Notes under the pieces: model-generated
What the model saw: the letters and a program-made list of their open reading frames with translations, nothing else
Told to the model about the DNA's origin: nothing
The model's database searches: none
Shown here: positions 11,893 to 23,280 of the stretch, piece by piece
Position numbering within the stretch: the stretch's first letter is position 1
Layout of the letters: each line of letters begins with the position of its first letter
Made by a program: the position numbers and the translations under genes
NCBI RefSeq assembly: GCF_006345805.1
Contig: NC_043002.1
Location: forward strand, 74,400,001-74,464,000
Origin: Octopus sinensis
Lineage: Eukaryota
Reading direction: 5' to 3'
DNA: 64,000 nucleotides

Positions 11893-12326
11893 TACATTAT
11901 AGCGTTAGTTTTGACTTCAAATTTTGTTAGCGTCTTCAGAAATGAATATTATACATTAAAGGAGCTGTTATGCACTAATCAGATAACAACAAAGCTATAC
12001 TAAATTGTATTGAATACAATGCCGATCGGCTTCGCAATGCTTTAGTAAATGAGTCAGGAACTTCTTACATATGTTGGTTCCAAGCATTTAAAAGAGAAAG
12101 AGGATGGAAACCAAATCATCTTCTTTGACTCTGAATCGGAAGGGTTGGATGTATGGGTACACAAAGTCTTCTTAAAGCCACCATGGGCTAGGCCACAACA
12201 GTAGCCTAGTGGATAGTGGCTTTGATCGGGGCCACGCTATCAAAATTTCCTTAGATAAGATTCCTCTACTGAGGATGTTGCAAGAGTGCTTATTAATATA
12301 TCAATAGTGTCAATATGCAAATACCC

Positions 12327-12545
12327 TTTCTAATATAAAGCACAAAGCCTGAAATTATCATTATTTTGGTGGAAGAATAAGTCGATTACATCGAACCCCG
12401 CGCTCAACTGATACTAATTTTATCGACCCTAAAAGGTTGAAAGTAAAGTTGACCCTCGGCGGAGTTGGAACTCAGAACACGAAGACAGACGAAATGCCAC
12501 TAAGCATTTTGCTCGGCACGCTAACAATTCTGCCAGATCGCCGCC
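12327..12545 (-). mobile_element. SINE family A, full length
   Basis: Reverse complement of the 6773 and 7540 copies. Confidence 0.9.
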
Positions 12546-12562
12546 CTATCGATACATTGTTG

Positions 12563-12852
12563 TTTATTTGTTTGTTCCTTCTCGAGCCACGCCTGGCTCA
12601 TTAGGGCCGGTTTCCCTATTTCCTTGGCGGATAGGTTCACCACCTAGACGGGACGCCGGTCCGTCGCAAGTGAGCTGCAAGATGCAGGAGTAAAGAGTGA
12701 GAGAAAGTTGTGTCATAACAGTCAGCAGAAGTTCGCCATTACCTTCTGCTGGAGCCGCATCGAGCTTAGGTGTTTCGCTCATAAACACACACATCGCCCG
12801 GTCGGAGATTCGAATCCGCGATCCCGCTGCTTTAACCACTAGGCTATGTGTC
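12563..12852 (-). mobile_element. tRNA-derived SINE family C' (OR1-like)
   Basis: Reverse complement of 55921-56212. The ORFs at 12564-12857 and 56022-56210 are paralogous translations of this SINE. Confidence 0.85.
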
Positions 12853-13086
12853 TCCACTCTATCGATAAATAAATATCAGTAATTAATATCGCTCTTTTGA
12901 TTTTGCGAAAGGGTATTTAAATACCTGATTCTAGGTTCAGTGACGTATTTAACAAGCTAGCATTGAGTTTGTTGCTACAGTACACGTTACTCTCAGTTCC
13001 AGGACGTTGGAAGTGTCTATGAGCTTTTATTCTTTTTTAATTCCTTTTAGCTGCTACAAGGAGAAAATTTCATTCAGCCTACATAG

Positions 13087-13302
13087 AAGGACATGGCTTA
13101 GTGGTTAAGACGTTGGACTCATGATCGTAAGATTGTGGTTTCGATTCCTGGTCCAGGTGAGGCGTTGTGTTTTTCAACAGAACACTTTATTTCACGTTGC
13201 TCCTCCAATCCACTCAGCTAGTGAAAATCAGTAATCCTGTGACGGACAGGCGTGCTGTCCAGGGAGGAATATATACGCCAGAGAAACAGGGAAGCTGGCC
13301 GT
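13087..13302 (+). mobile_element. SINE family D (CORE-type)
   Basis: GGACATGGCTTAGTGGTTAAGACGTTGGACTCATGATCGTAAGATTGTGGTTTCGATTCCTGG head, core, and GACGGACAGGCGTGCTGTCCAGGG tail. Confidence 0.85.
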
Positions 13303-13303
13303 G

Positions 13304-13962
13304 AATTTTTTTCCTACGAGAGTTCCGGATCCCAGTAATGCACTCATTTGCATACAGCCAATCAGAGCTCACCTTGAAAATCCACATATACGTACTACTA
13401 CAGTACAGCTAGTTAGGCATAGAATGGTGTATACACACACACACACTCTGTGAGTGCAGCATAGCAGGTCTCACATAACACCACATTCCCCACCTCCACC
13501 ATCCTCATAGATCAATTGAGCACCATCTCTATATGGAGACTGAGATTAGTGATACTGCAGGTATCCATTGATATATGCCAGGAGGGCGCAATACGACACA
13601 ACGCCATATTGATTACGATGTTTCCAGATCAACACCAACGTTTTAAATTAGGAATGTACAAAATCAGTCAAAAATTAGGAAACTACACTCATTTACATTT
13701 TCGAGTAAATCACGCAAATTGGCAACACTTATGGCATCATCGGTGAGCAGCTCTCCATTCACTTTATACACTAAATCTCACATTTGTCACCCCTATTAAC
13801 CTGTTTAGAAAAATTAGATTTTGCTATAATGCACATTTTCCGCTGAACTCAACCAGAGTATTTTCGTGACTAGGCGGACACGAGTTTGATAGTTAAGCTC
13901 TGATTGGGTGTATGTAAATGAATTCATAACCGTGGTCCGGAACTCTCGTGGAAAAAAAAATT
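13304..13962. mobile_element. Non-autonomous TIR element of ~660 bp with ~66-bp imperfect TIRs
   Basis: 13304-13369 and 13896-13962 are reverse complements (ACGAGAGTTCCGGA..CATTT(G/A)CATAC..CCAATCAGAGCT). No transposase or TSD recognised. Confidence 0.75.
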
Positions 13963-14195
13963 TTGTAAGCTGGCTGTATGCTCCATGGGAAGTAATGTGG
14001 ATTAACCGTATAGAGGGACGAGAAGGACGAAGGAAAATACTAATCTTGGTATGTAAAAAACTACATACAGCCAGTTAGGACCACACTCCAACGTGTATTT
14101 TACAAACAAGGTACACAAAAGGAATACCAATGATATTTTCAATCTATCAGCCAGTCCACGCAAGAAGCATCGTAATATCAGTAGTATATGTAGGT

Positions 14196-14254
<59 letters not shown>

Positions 14255-14689
14255 ACAATTAAGGGCATAAAGATGGCGGTCTCATATTCACTAATTAGTT
14301 ATGATCATTTTGACTGATTCCCATTTTATACGGTAAAACTACACGCATACACACGCACACACCTCTGTGTGTGTGTGTGTATGCGTGTATGCGTGTGTGA
14401 CTTTTACCCTGAACTATATTGCAACGGCATCGCTTTCCACTCTTTTGTTACCGATTTCAGTATATCACAAATAATTATGATTTAACTTCAACGTCAGTCC
14501 GTGTCTAAGCTTGATCAAACACGAAATCTGACGTTATAAAATCACGCGGTCTCATATCACCTTTGTCAGTAAATATAACCTTTTATCGTGTTAAATATAC
14601 CTTGTTTTCATCGCAATGCTGATTGATTGGTTGCCGTAATCGAATACACCTCCTTTCAAGTTGATGCTTGTGTTTGAAATATTTTAACC

Positions 14690-14940
14690 ATAGGATCGAT
14701 TCCAGGACCAAGTGACGCATTGTGTCTTTGAGAAAACCATTTCATTTCACGTTACTCCAGTCCACTCAGCTGTAAATGGGTAACCTATAAAAGAATAGTC
14801 TTCCGATCGGGGGGAGGTAGGAATGTTGGCCTGCTCACTTAGTCAGCGAGGTGGCATCATTCGATTGCGAAGTGCATTGTGATCAGTAATGTATTACAAC
14901 ATCCGATAGTGCTGTCAATATCGTAATACCGTGATAAATC
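14690..14940 (+). mobile_element. 5'-truncated SINE (CORE core with a family C-like tail)
   Basis: TCGATTCCAGGACC..TTTCACGTTACTCCAGTCCACTCAGCTG..GCGAAGTGCATTGTGATCAG. Confidence 0.65.
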
Positions 14941-15204
14941 TAAATGCTAACATGTATTAGATGATAAATTACGTAGGCACGAAACATGAATATAGAGAAA
15001 AGGGGGAAAGGAAAAATGTTGGAGTTCATTTTTCTCAACAAAATTCAGGAAGTTAGACGAAAATTGAAACCAGGAAATCAAGTTGGTCCCTCGAGAACTA
15101 AACTGTTTCACTCGTTGATTTCTACAATATTAATCTGTATTTGGGTATTTCAAACGAAAACTCGTGTCACTTCAATCAAGTTAGGTTATTTATGCTTTTT
15201 GATT

Positions 15205-15410
15205 ATTGGTTTCAAATTTGGCACAAGGCCAGCAACTTCGGGGGATGTGGTTAAGTTGATTACATCGATCTCCAGTGCTCAATTGGGACTTATTTTATCG
15301 ACCCCGAAAGAATGAAAGGCAAAATCGACCTCGGTGGAATTTGAACTCAGGACGTAAAGACGGACGAAATGCCGGTAGGCGTGCTAACAATTCTGCCAGC
15401 TCGCCGTCAT
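15205..15410 (-). mobile_element. SINE family A
   Basis: GGTTTCAAATTTGGCACAAGGCC...GCCAGCTCGCCG. Confidence 0.9.
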
Positions 15411-15519
15411 TTGTTTTTATATATTATTACTAGAATTTATATGTTATTACTGGGGCGAAAAAAAGGGCGTGGGGGAGAGAGAAAAGAAAAGGTAAAGGAT
15501 GTAGACTGTTTTGATTTTC

Positions 15520-15680
15520 AGAGGTGACTGTATGGTAAGAGGTTTACTTCCAATCACATAGATCTAAGTTCATAGTTCCACTGCGTGGCACCAGGTCAAT
15601 TGTATTCTACTATAGCCTTGCGCCGACCAAAGCCTTGTGGGTGAATTTGGTAGACGGGAACTGAAAGAAGCCTGTTGAAT
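15520..15680 (+). mobile_element. SINE family B, 5' half
   Basis: CCACTGCGTGGCACC..CTACTATAGCC..CCGACCAAAGCCTTGTG..TTTGGTAGACGG. Confidence 0.8.
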
Positions 15681-15696
15681 ATATATATATATTAAA

Positions 15697-16245
15697 GCAC
15701 CCCTCCCCCGTCCAATGGACGGTGCCGAGTTGTCAAACATTTAAACCAAATTTTCTCAAGACAACTTGTCCGGCCGTCTCATAGGCCTCCCCTTTGAGAA
15801 ACACTGATTCAACCTAAATTTGAGACACCAGCAAAAGAAGAAATAAAGATAGACTTTTTTCTATTCCAAAGAAAAACGATTTTATTCACACAAATATGCA
15901 ACCGAACAGTTTAAAGTACCAGTAATGATAAGGCTGTTGACTGGGAGAACACAAACATGGTTTAAACAGTAAGCTTGGTAGGAAAGAAACGTGCCTTTAA
16001 GCAGTACAAAAACAACAAAAAATGGAAGGTGCAGTTATGTACAGGTTGACGGAAGAAAAGCAGGACAAAAACGGCTTTATCGATCGCATTCTCACCTGGA
16101 ATCGATTTTTGTAATTTTTTCAAGACTTATACACGCCCTGATACCGTTGGTGTCTACATATCAAATTTGAGCGCAATCGGATGGAGGATGCCCGAGATCC
16201 TAGAAGACACACACACAGACAGACAGAACGGATTTTATATAATAC
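15697..16245. mobile_element. Putative Helentron-associated non-autonomous element (HINE-like)
   Basis: Terminal CCGTCC-AAT-GGACGG hairpin and a CAAATTTGAGCGCAATCGG...(CA)n/(GACA)n...GGATTTTATATA end typical of such elements. Recognition from memory. Confidence 0.4.
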
Positions 16246-16351
16246 GCATGTGTGTGTCTGTGAGTATGTGTGTTTGTGTGTGTCTGTGAGTATGTGTGTT
16301 TGTGTGTGTGTGTGTGTGTCTTTGTATGTGTGTTTGTGTATATCTGTGTCC

Positions 16352-16545
16352 TTGTGTCTGTGTTTGTTTCCCATCATCCGCGTGACAATCGGTGTTGGTG
16401 CGTTTACGTCCCCGTAACCTAGCAGTTCGGCAAAGAGAGCGATAGAATAAGTACCAGGATTTAGAAACTCTTGAAGGCGGTGCTCCGGCATGACCGCAGT
16501 CTAATGGCTGAAACAAGTAGAAGATGAAAGATAAAAGATGTCATA
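16352..16545 (+). mobile_element. SINE family B, 3' half
   Basis: GTTTACGTCCCCGTAACCTAGC..GATAGAATAAGTACC..GGCGGTGCTCC..CTGAAACAAGTAGAAGA. Confidence 0.85.
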
Positions 16546-16641
16546 ATTTCTGTATCAACGATGATTATCAGAAAATCCTTGTATCTGGAGTTTTGGAAAC
16601 CTATTCATCAAACTCAATAACAAGAGTGAGATTAATTACCA

Positions 16642-16693
<52 letters not shown>

Positions 16694-16695
<2 letters not shown>

Positions 16696-16776
16696 CGGGT
16701 AGTCATGATGGGTATATTGGGCTTCGTATATTTTACCCCAGTGTCACTTTGATGGCATGCACTGCTCTCTCACTCA
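16694..16776 (+). mobile_element. 3' end of the (TAA)n-associated non-autonomous element, inside a (TAA)n array
   Basis: Reverse complement of 41340-41420, flanked by (AAT)n on both sides. Confidence 0.75.
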
Positions 16777-16825
16777 ATAATAATAATAATAATAATGTCC
16801 TTCGAATATTTCCATTAAAAATATA

Positions 16826-16945
16826 GAAGGCGTGTGGCCTAGTAGATAACTGTAAGGTCGTCGGTTCCATTCCTGGATCGGGCGGTGCGTTATAGTCTTA
16901 AACAAGGTACTTCGTTTCATGTAGCTCCTGCTAAGTCAGCTTTAA
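16826..16945 (+). mobile_element. SINE family D head
   Basis: GAAGGCGTGTGGCCTAGTAG...TTCCTGGATCGGGCGGTGCGTT. Confidence 0.6.
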
Positions 16946-17254
16946 ATAAATACCACATAGCTCGCGCTCCCTCCAACTGTCACACCCTCGATGCTCCACT
17001 GGGTTAAGACCGGCTGGTTGAGTGAGTGTCTATGTGTGCACGCAACTACTTGGGCATCTAAAGCAATTGGCAAACGCGTCGTACATGGTACTAGGCGATA
17101 CTTGCTTGCAATTGACGGCTAAGCTTAATATTAAGTGATTTTTAAACCGTCAAAAGTTAATGATATCAATTCGACAGGATATAGCAAAATAGATACCAAA
17201 ATAATTTCAATAGAGAGGAGATGCAAATATTTTATTATAACTAATTTTCTTATT

Positions 17255-17535
17255 TCATACTCTGTTCCAGTTGATCCAATCAACGGAACAGCCTGCTCGT
17301 AAAATTAACGAGCAAGTGGTTGAGCACTCCACAGACACGCGAACCTGCCCTTCACGAAGTTCTCAGAAAAGGCGACAAGGCTGGCCCTTTAAAATACAGG
17401 TACAACTCATTTTTGCCAGCTGAGTGGCAACGTGAAATAAAGTGACTTGCTAAAGGATACACCACACCACCGGGTTTCGAACCCACGACCTCACGATCAT
17501 GAGCCGAATACCCTAACCACGTAGCCACGTGCCTT
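17255..17535 (-). mobile_element. SINE family D, near full length
   Basis: Matches 37042-37320 (TTCCAGTTGATCC..AACAGCCTGCTCG..ACAAGGCTGGCCCTTT..CCCTAACCAC). Confidence 0.85.
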
Positions 17536-17543
17536 GAAGCACA

Positions 17544-17593
<50 letters not shown>

Positions 17594-17670
17594 ACATATA
17601 TAGTACAAAAAATACCCTATAGACTGTGATAATCAATAAAATAGAGATAAAATTTTTAAATTTAATTTTC

Positions 17671-17793
17671 CTCTGCGACCCGGTACTGACCTGCGGCCCG
17701 CCACTGATCCGCGGCCCGCTACTGATCTGCGACTCGATACTGATTTGCGGCCCGCTGCTGATCTGCGGCGAGGTACCGATCTGAGGTTCGTTA
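17671..17793. repeat. GC-rich 18-bp minisatellite, about 7 units (CTGATCTGCGGCCCGCTA)
   Basis: Direct alignment of units. It is followed by GTTGGGGGACTCCTG, which resembles a hAT-MITE terminus. Confidence 0.85.
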
Positions 17794-18529
17794 GTTGGGG
17801 GACTCCTGAATTAAAGCACACCACAGTATCAAAGTTTTTTTTTTCTATTTTCTATTCCCCAAATAAAACTTCATCATTAAATACTTTTTAATCTGCCTTT
17901 ACTTGTCACAACCCGCCAATATTCTTCTGTCTGGACCTACCTGCAAATCTGTTTCTGTCTACCTCAGCCAGTCACTATGTTCTTCGTGACTGCAACCCAG
18001 AACTATAGTCCTGCCTGCTATAACCTGTCCCTAAACAAGCCTGTCCCGACATTCTCAGCCCACCTCTATACTACTTACATACTACCTGTTACAACACGTC
18101 GTTGTGCTCCCCTCAACCATAACCTGACAGCCACTGCTTGTTAGTCTTACTAAATATGCAAAGTGGAAAAGTGAAGGACATGAATAATTCATAGGGCTTT
18201 TTTTTTGTAATACAAGTGCAGCTACTTGTCATAAATGAGGTAATAAAAGACAACTTAGTCTGTCTCCATTGAAAAGAGCCGATTATATTTAGAGGAACTT
18301 TGCTCTGTTTGCGTTTTGAGGTTTTAGTGTGTGACGTGTGTGACGTGTGTGTATGTGTGTGGCGTGTGTGTGTGACGTGTGTGCATGTACATGTATGTGT
18401 GTGCATGCACGAATATTTGTAAATGTAGATGAGTATTTATAAATGCATGTATGTATATGAAAATACATATCTGCGCGCGCGCATGTATGCATACATATAT
18501 GCATATATCTGCATATATATATGTACTCA

Positions 18530-18567
<38 letters not shown>

Positions 18568-18610
18568 ACACACACATATATATATATATATGTATATATG
18601 TATATATATG

Positions 18611-18685
<75 letters not shown>

Positions 18686-18764
18686 ATAAGCACATACATA
18701 CATATACATAATATGTATATATATTATATTTACAGTTAATATTAATATGTATAAATAATACTAG

Positions 18765-19763
18765 TTATCTCCGCCTTAGCGGAAGTATTGATTTCAGTTG
18801 TGTTTGTTTGCTTGTTTGTTTGTCCGTGGACAAGATATGTCAAGAACCGCTGGATGGATTCGGACGAAACTTTCAGGGATGTTTGGCCTTGTGACTGGCA
18901 TGAACTGATTAGATTTTAGGATCGATCCGGTATCGGACAAGGATTCTGGATTATTTGTTATATTTACTTTACATTAAGTATTACGATTTTACGTTGACTT
19001 TCAAGTCTTTCTCTGATTATCTCCCTGGAATGCGCGCTCACAGTTTCCACGTAAGTTATGGCGGCGTTGCTGTTTCCAAAGTTCTTTTTTCGCTTCTCTA
19101 TTATTAATTTTAATTGAGTCTCTATCTCAGTTGAAACTGAAAGTTAAAGAAACCAAACTACATAAACAAACGGCAGCAAAACCGTTCAGAGATCAAATGA
19201 CACTAACATATTCAGTAACAATAATAAATTTAATTTATCCTCGACAATTTTTCGTTTTTACAATTTTGAATACATTGCGCCTGTTTAAAATCTCTTACCT
19301 ACTTGGCAATTGCATTTCTGGCTCTACCTTGAAGGAAGCTTTACTTCTTGGACTCACGTTTTTGTGCGCAACAATGTTGTTAAACCTTCGTTAACAGCAC
19401 TGTATTCTTTCACGCACGGATAAATGTTTCACTATAGACTTAGTGTCGTAAAGACACTATACCAGCGGATAGACTAAAGAAAGGGCCTTCATAGAGAAAA
19501 CTGTCCCTGTTCCCACTGCAGACGACACACACACAGCATTACAAACACGGCCTGCACACCCACCTTCATATTCCATGACGAGGATTCTGGATTATTTTTC
19601 TATATTTGTTTACTTAATTTTTAAGAGCGGTCGGGTTCGTTTTTAGTGTTCTCGCTTGTGAGAGCAGTCGAGTTTAAGATATTCTCATTTTAAAAATCAT
19701 CTCCGGCTAATCATTGAGAGGACGTTGGTGTTACCTTGGTTTGCGCTCTCTCAGTGCTCTTGT
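18765..19763 (+). mobile_element. Helentron-type non-autonomous element (HINE-like) with ~600 bp of internal cargo
   Basis: Begins TTATCTCCGCC..GTTTGTTTG..GGATGGATTCGGACGAAACTT and ends CCTTGGTTTGCGCTCTCTCAGTGCTCT. GGATTCTGGATTATTT occurs at about 18941 and about 19582, bracketing the cargo. Confidence 0.5.
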
Positions 19764-19898
19764 TATGGTTATCTTCAGAAGAAAGGGATGCCGGTACATG
19801 ATTAGAGTGTAGACAGCCTTGAGACTTTTAACAGGAATGAAACTGAAGTATTATGCCTTAAATCCACCTCTCTCTTCATCTATCTATCTATCTATCTA

Positions 19899-19950
<52 letters not shown>

Positions 19951-20007
19951 CAACCATATATGTATGTGTGTGTGTATGTTACTAACAGACAGGGAAATAA
20001 ATGTGTG

Positions 20008-21372
20008 TGTGTGTGTTTGTGTGTGTGCGTGCGTATTAACCTATGATATCAACACCAGAGTTCGTTTCAGCCCAGTCTGAAGGTACCTAGCAATTAAATG
20101 AATAGGGTTCGATAAAATTAGGTTATATTTTTTTCTGACATAAAATTAACAGAATTTGATATACCAATTTACACATGCGCGCGCGCGTGCACGCACACAC
20201 ACACACACACACACACATTCATATACACACGTATATGCAAATTTACCTCGCATCTGCTTTACAACTAAAACAATCTGCAGATAACCACTCGCTTTATTAT
20301 ATTAGTCCAGTCACGGACACCCTATGGACAGTCTTTCTTGGAGAAGCGGGCCCATTGAAACATGACTCATCACCAGGCAGACCATACTACTAAAATACAA
20401 GATAAAAAAAAAATGAGGAATTTTTCATAAGGCGATCCATTCAGAAAGTCATAACGGACCGCGGTTGGCCCATTACAGTTTTCGATACATTTATTGTTAT
20501 CATCACTTAAGAGAAAACTAAACTGCTGTATCTGGGTACCATAATGCACGTGACCATTGTCTTTATGTACATGCAAGAAGAGGCGGGGTGAGTCTGTGTC
20601 AGTTTGCATATAAATAAATGAATGTGATTGCGGCAGCTATAATATACTTATGCATTTGTACGAGACTAGCGCAGTGCGAGTCGGCTTGTGTGTGTTTGTG
20701 TGTGTGCGTGCGTATTAACCTATGATATCAACACCAGAGTTCGTTTCAGCCCAGTCTGAAGGTACCTAGCAATTAAATGAATAGGGTTCGATAAAATTAG
20801 GTTATATTTTTTTCTGACATAAAATTAACAGAATTTGATATACCAATTTACACATGCGCGCGCGCGTGCACGCACACACACACACACACACACACATTCA
20901 TATACACACGTATATGCAAATTTACCTCGCATCTGCTTTACAACTAAAACAATCTGCAGATAACCACTCGCTATTATATTAGTCCAGTCACGGACACCCT
21001 ATGGACAGTCTTGCTTGGAGAAGCGGGCCCATTGAAACATGACTCATCACCAGGCAGACCATACTACTAAAATACAAGATAAAAAAAAAATGAGAGAATT
21101 TTTCATAAGGCGATCCATTCAGAAAGTCATAACGGACCGCGGTTGGCCCATTACAGTTTCGATACATTTATTGTTTCATCACTTAAGAGAAAACTAAACT
21201 GCTGTATCTGGGTACCATAATGCACGTGACCATTGTCTTTTGTACAGCAAGAAGAGCGGGTGAGTCTGTGTCAGTTTGCATATAAATAATGAATGTGATT
21301 GCGGCAGCTATAATATACTTATGCATTTGTACGAGACTAGCGCAGTGCGAGTCGGCTTGTGTGTGTTTGTGT
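20008..21372. repeat. Tandem duplication, 679 bp + 671 bp, bounded by TGTGTGTGTTTGTGT
   Basis: 20008-20686 is repeated at 20687-21357. Differences are mostly 1-bp indels in the distal half of copy 2. Confidence 0.95.
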
Positions 21373-21640
21373 CTTGTCTTGTCTGTACGTGTGTGCGTGC
21401 ATGCGGGCGCACGCTGTGTGTGTGATAATTATGATTCTCATTACCGATCTGTTCATGGGATTTTTATTGACAATCATACTTAATTTGGGGACTAAAAGAA
21501 AGATAATCAATGCGAACAAAAGAATCCACATCAAATGATGGCTTGATATCAATGCAACTCAGCTGAAATCAATTAAACAAAAACCTATTACAACAGATAA
21601 GAAAACAATGACCAGATCAAACTTCCAATTTATTTCATTA

Positions 21641-21644
21641 CAAA

Positions 21645-21679
<35 letters not shown>

Positions 21680-21800
21680 CACCATCAACCACTGCCACCA
21701 CCACTACTGCTGCTTCTGCTGCTGCTACTACTACTACTAACACTACTGCTACCACCACCATCAACCACCGCCACCACCACTACTACTGCTGCTGCTGCTG

Positions 21801-21835
<35 letters not shown>

Positions 21836-21934
21836 GCTACTACTACTACTACCATCAACCATCGCCGCCACTACTACTGCTACTACCACCATCAACCACC
21901 GCCGCCGCCACCACTACTACTATTGCTGCTTCTG

Positions 21935-21977
<43 letters not shown>

Positions 21978-22210
21978 CATCAACCACCACCGCCACCTCT
22001 ACTACTACTATTGCTGCTTCTGCTGCTGCTACTACTACTACTACTACTACTGTCAACTGCTGCTGCCGCCGCCACCACCACCACAACTACTACTATTACT
22101 GCTGCGATCAACCATCGCCACCACCGCAACTACTACTACTACTACTACTACTACTGCCATCAACCACCGCCACCTCCACCACAACTACTACTGCCAATAA
22201 TAATAATCCT
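21641..22210. repeat. Compound (CTA/CCA/CTG)n trinucleotide array with recurring CCATCAACCACCGCC motif
   Basis: Direct reading. It abuts the tail of the minus-strand SINE A at 22212. Confidence 0.9.
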
Positions 22211-22211
22211 T

Positions 22212-22423
22212 TCAACTATAGGCACAAAGCCTGAAATTCTGGGCTTAGAGGGGTCAAAACGATTATATCGAGTCCGTGCTTAACTGGTACTTATTTTATC
22301 GACCCCGAAAAGATAAAAGGCAAAGTTGACCTCGACGGGTTTTGAGCGCCAAAGGTAAAGAGCCAGATGATATGCCGCTAAGCATTTTTCCCAACGCAGT
22401 AACAATTCCGTCAGCTCACCATC
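22212..22423 (-). mobile_element. SINE family A
   Basis: GGCACAAAGCCTGAAATT..TTTTATCGACCCCGAAAAGATAAAAGGCAAAG..CAGCTCACC. Confidence 0.85.
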
Positions 22424-22428
22424 TTAAT

Positions 22429-22482
<54 letters not shown>

Positions 22483-22484
<2 letters not shown>

Positions 22485-22933
22485 TAGAGAAAAAAGATGG
22501 CTGTGGATGACTAAAAGTGATTTAAAACCGGAAACGGATGCCCTAATCTGTGCTGCCCAAGAGCAAGCACTACTTAAAATACAGAATAGACAACACAGCA
22601 GAAAGTGATAAGTGCAGAAGCTGTGGACAAAACGGTGAAACCGTATGGCATATTACCAGCCAATGTACGCCACTAGTTTTGGTCGATGAAAAAAGCTAGC
22701 ACTAGTACCAATAATTGTCGGAGCCCTGTGAACAGTGAGCAAAAATCTCGAGACGTACGTGGAACAAATAGGGGCTTCAATAAGAGTGGAGCACATGCAG
22801 AAAACAGCACTGCCTGGAACCGCCCGAATACTCCGGAAGGTGCTCGAAAAATAAAAGGTGTTACTTTAATTCATTGGTAGTGATCAGCTGACACCATAGT
22901 ACATCTCCAGCGTTAAAAAGCCGAGCAAAGGCA
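22483..22933 (+). mobile_element. R4/Dong-clade LINE 3' fragment inside (TAA)n, internally deleted
   Basis: DREKRWLWMTKSDLKPETDALICAAQEQAL, DKCRSCGQNGETVWHITSQC (CCHC knuckle) and terminal QKTALPGTARILRKVLEK*. (AAT)n on both sides. Confidence 0.85.
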
Positions 22934-22957
22934 ATAATAATAATAATAATAATAATG

Positions 22958-23008
<51 letters not shown>

Positions 23009-23220
23009 TAACTGGACGGATCATGTACTGAGAAGAGCATTATCGCTGTGAAAACAACATCCATCCATGAATGTATTTATTTATTAATTTTTAATTACAT
23101 ATTTTATCTGTGAATTTGCGTGTGTAATCTGGGAATGCATACAATGAGCTTCTCTGCCCTATGTGTATAGAAAACACTCGGAGAGAAACGGAAGAAAATT
23201 TGAAGAAAGAAGGAAAGAGC

Positions 23221-23277
<57 letters not shown>

Positions 23278-23280
<3 letters not shown>

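Noticed and set aside
12049-12204. Short ORF containing IIFFDSESEGLD, reminiscent of a DEDD exonuclease motif I
   Set aside because: About 50 codons, no further Exo motifs, weak splice signals.
17900-18140. Possible CR1/L2 RT scrap (CPDILSPPLYYL)
   Set aside because: The similarity is too short and decayed to call without a search.
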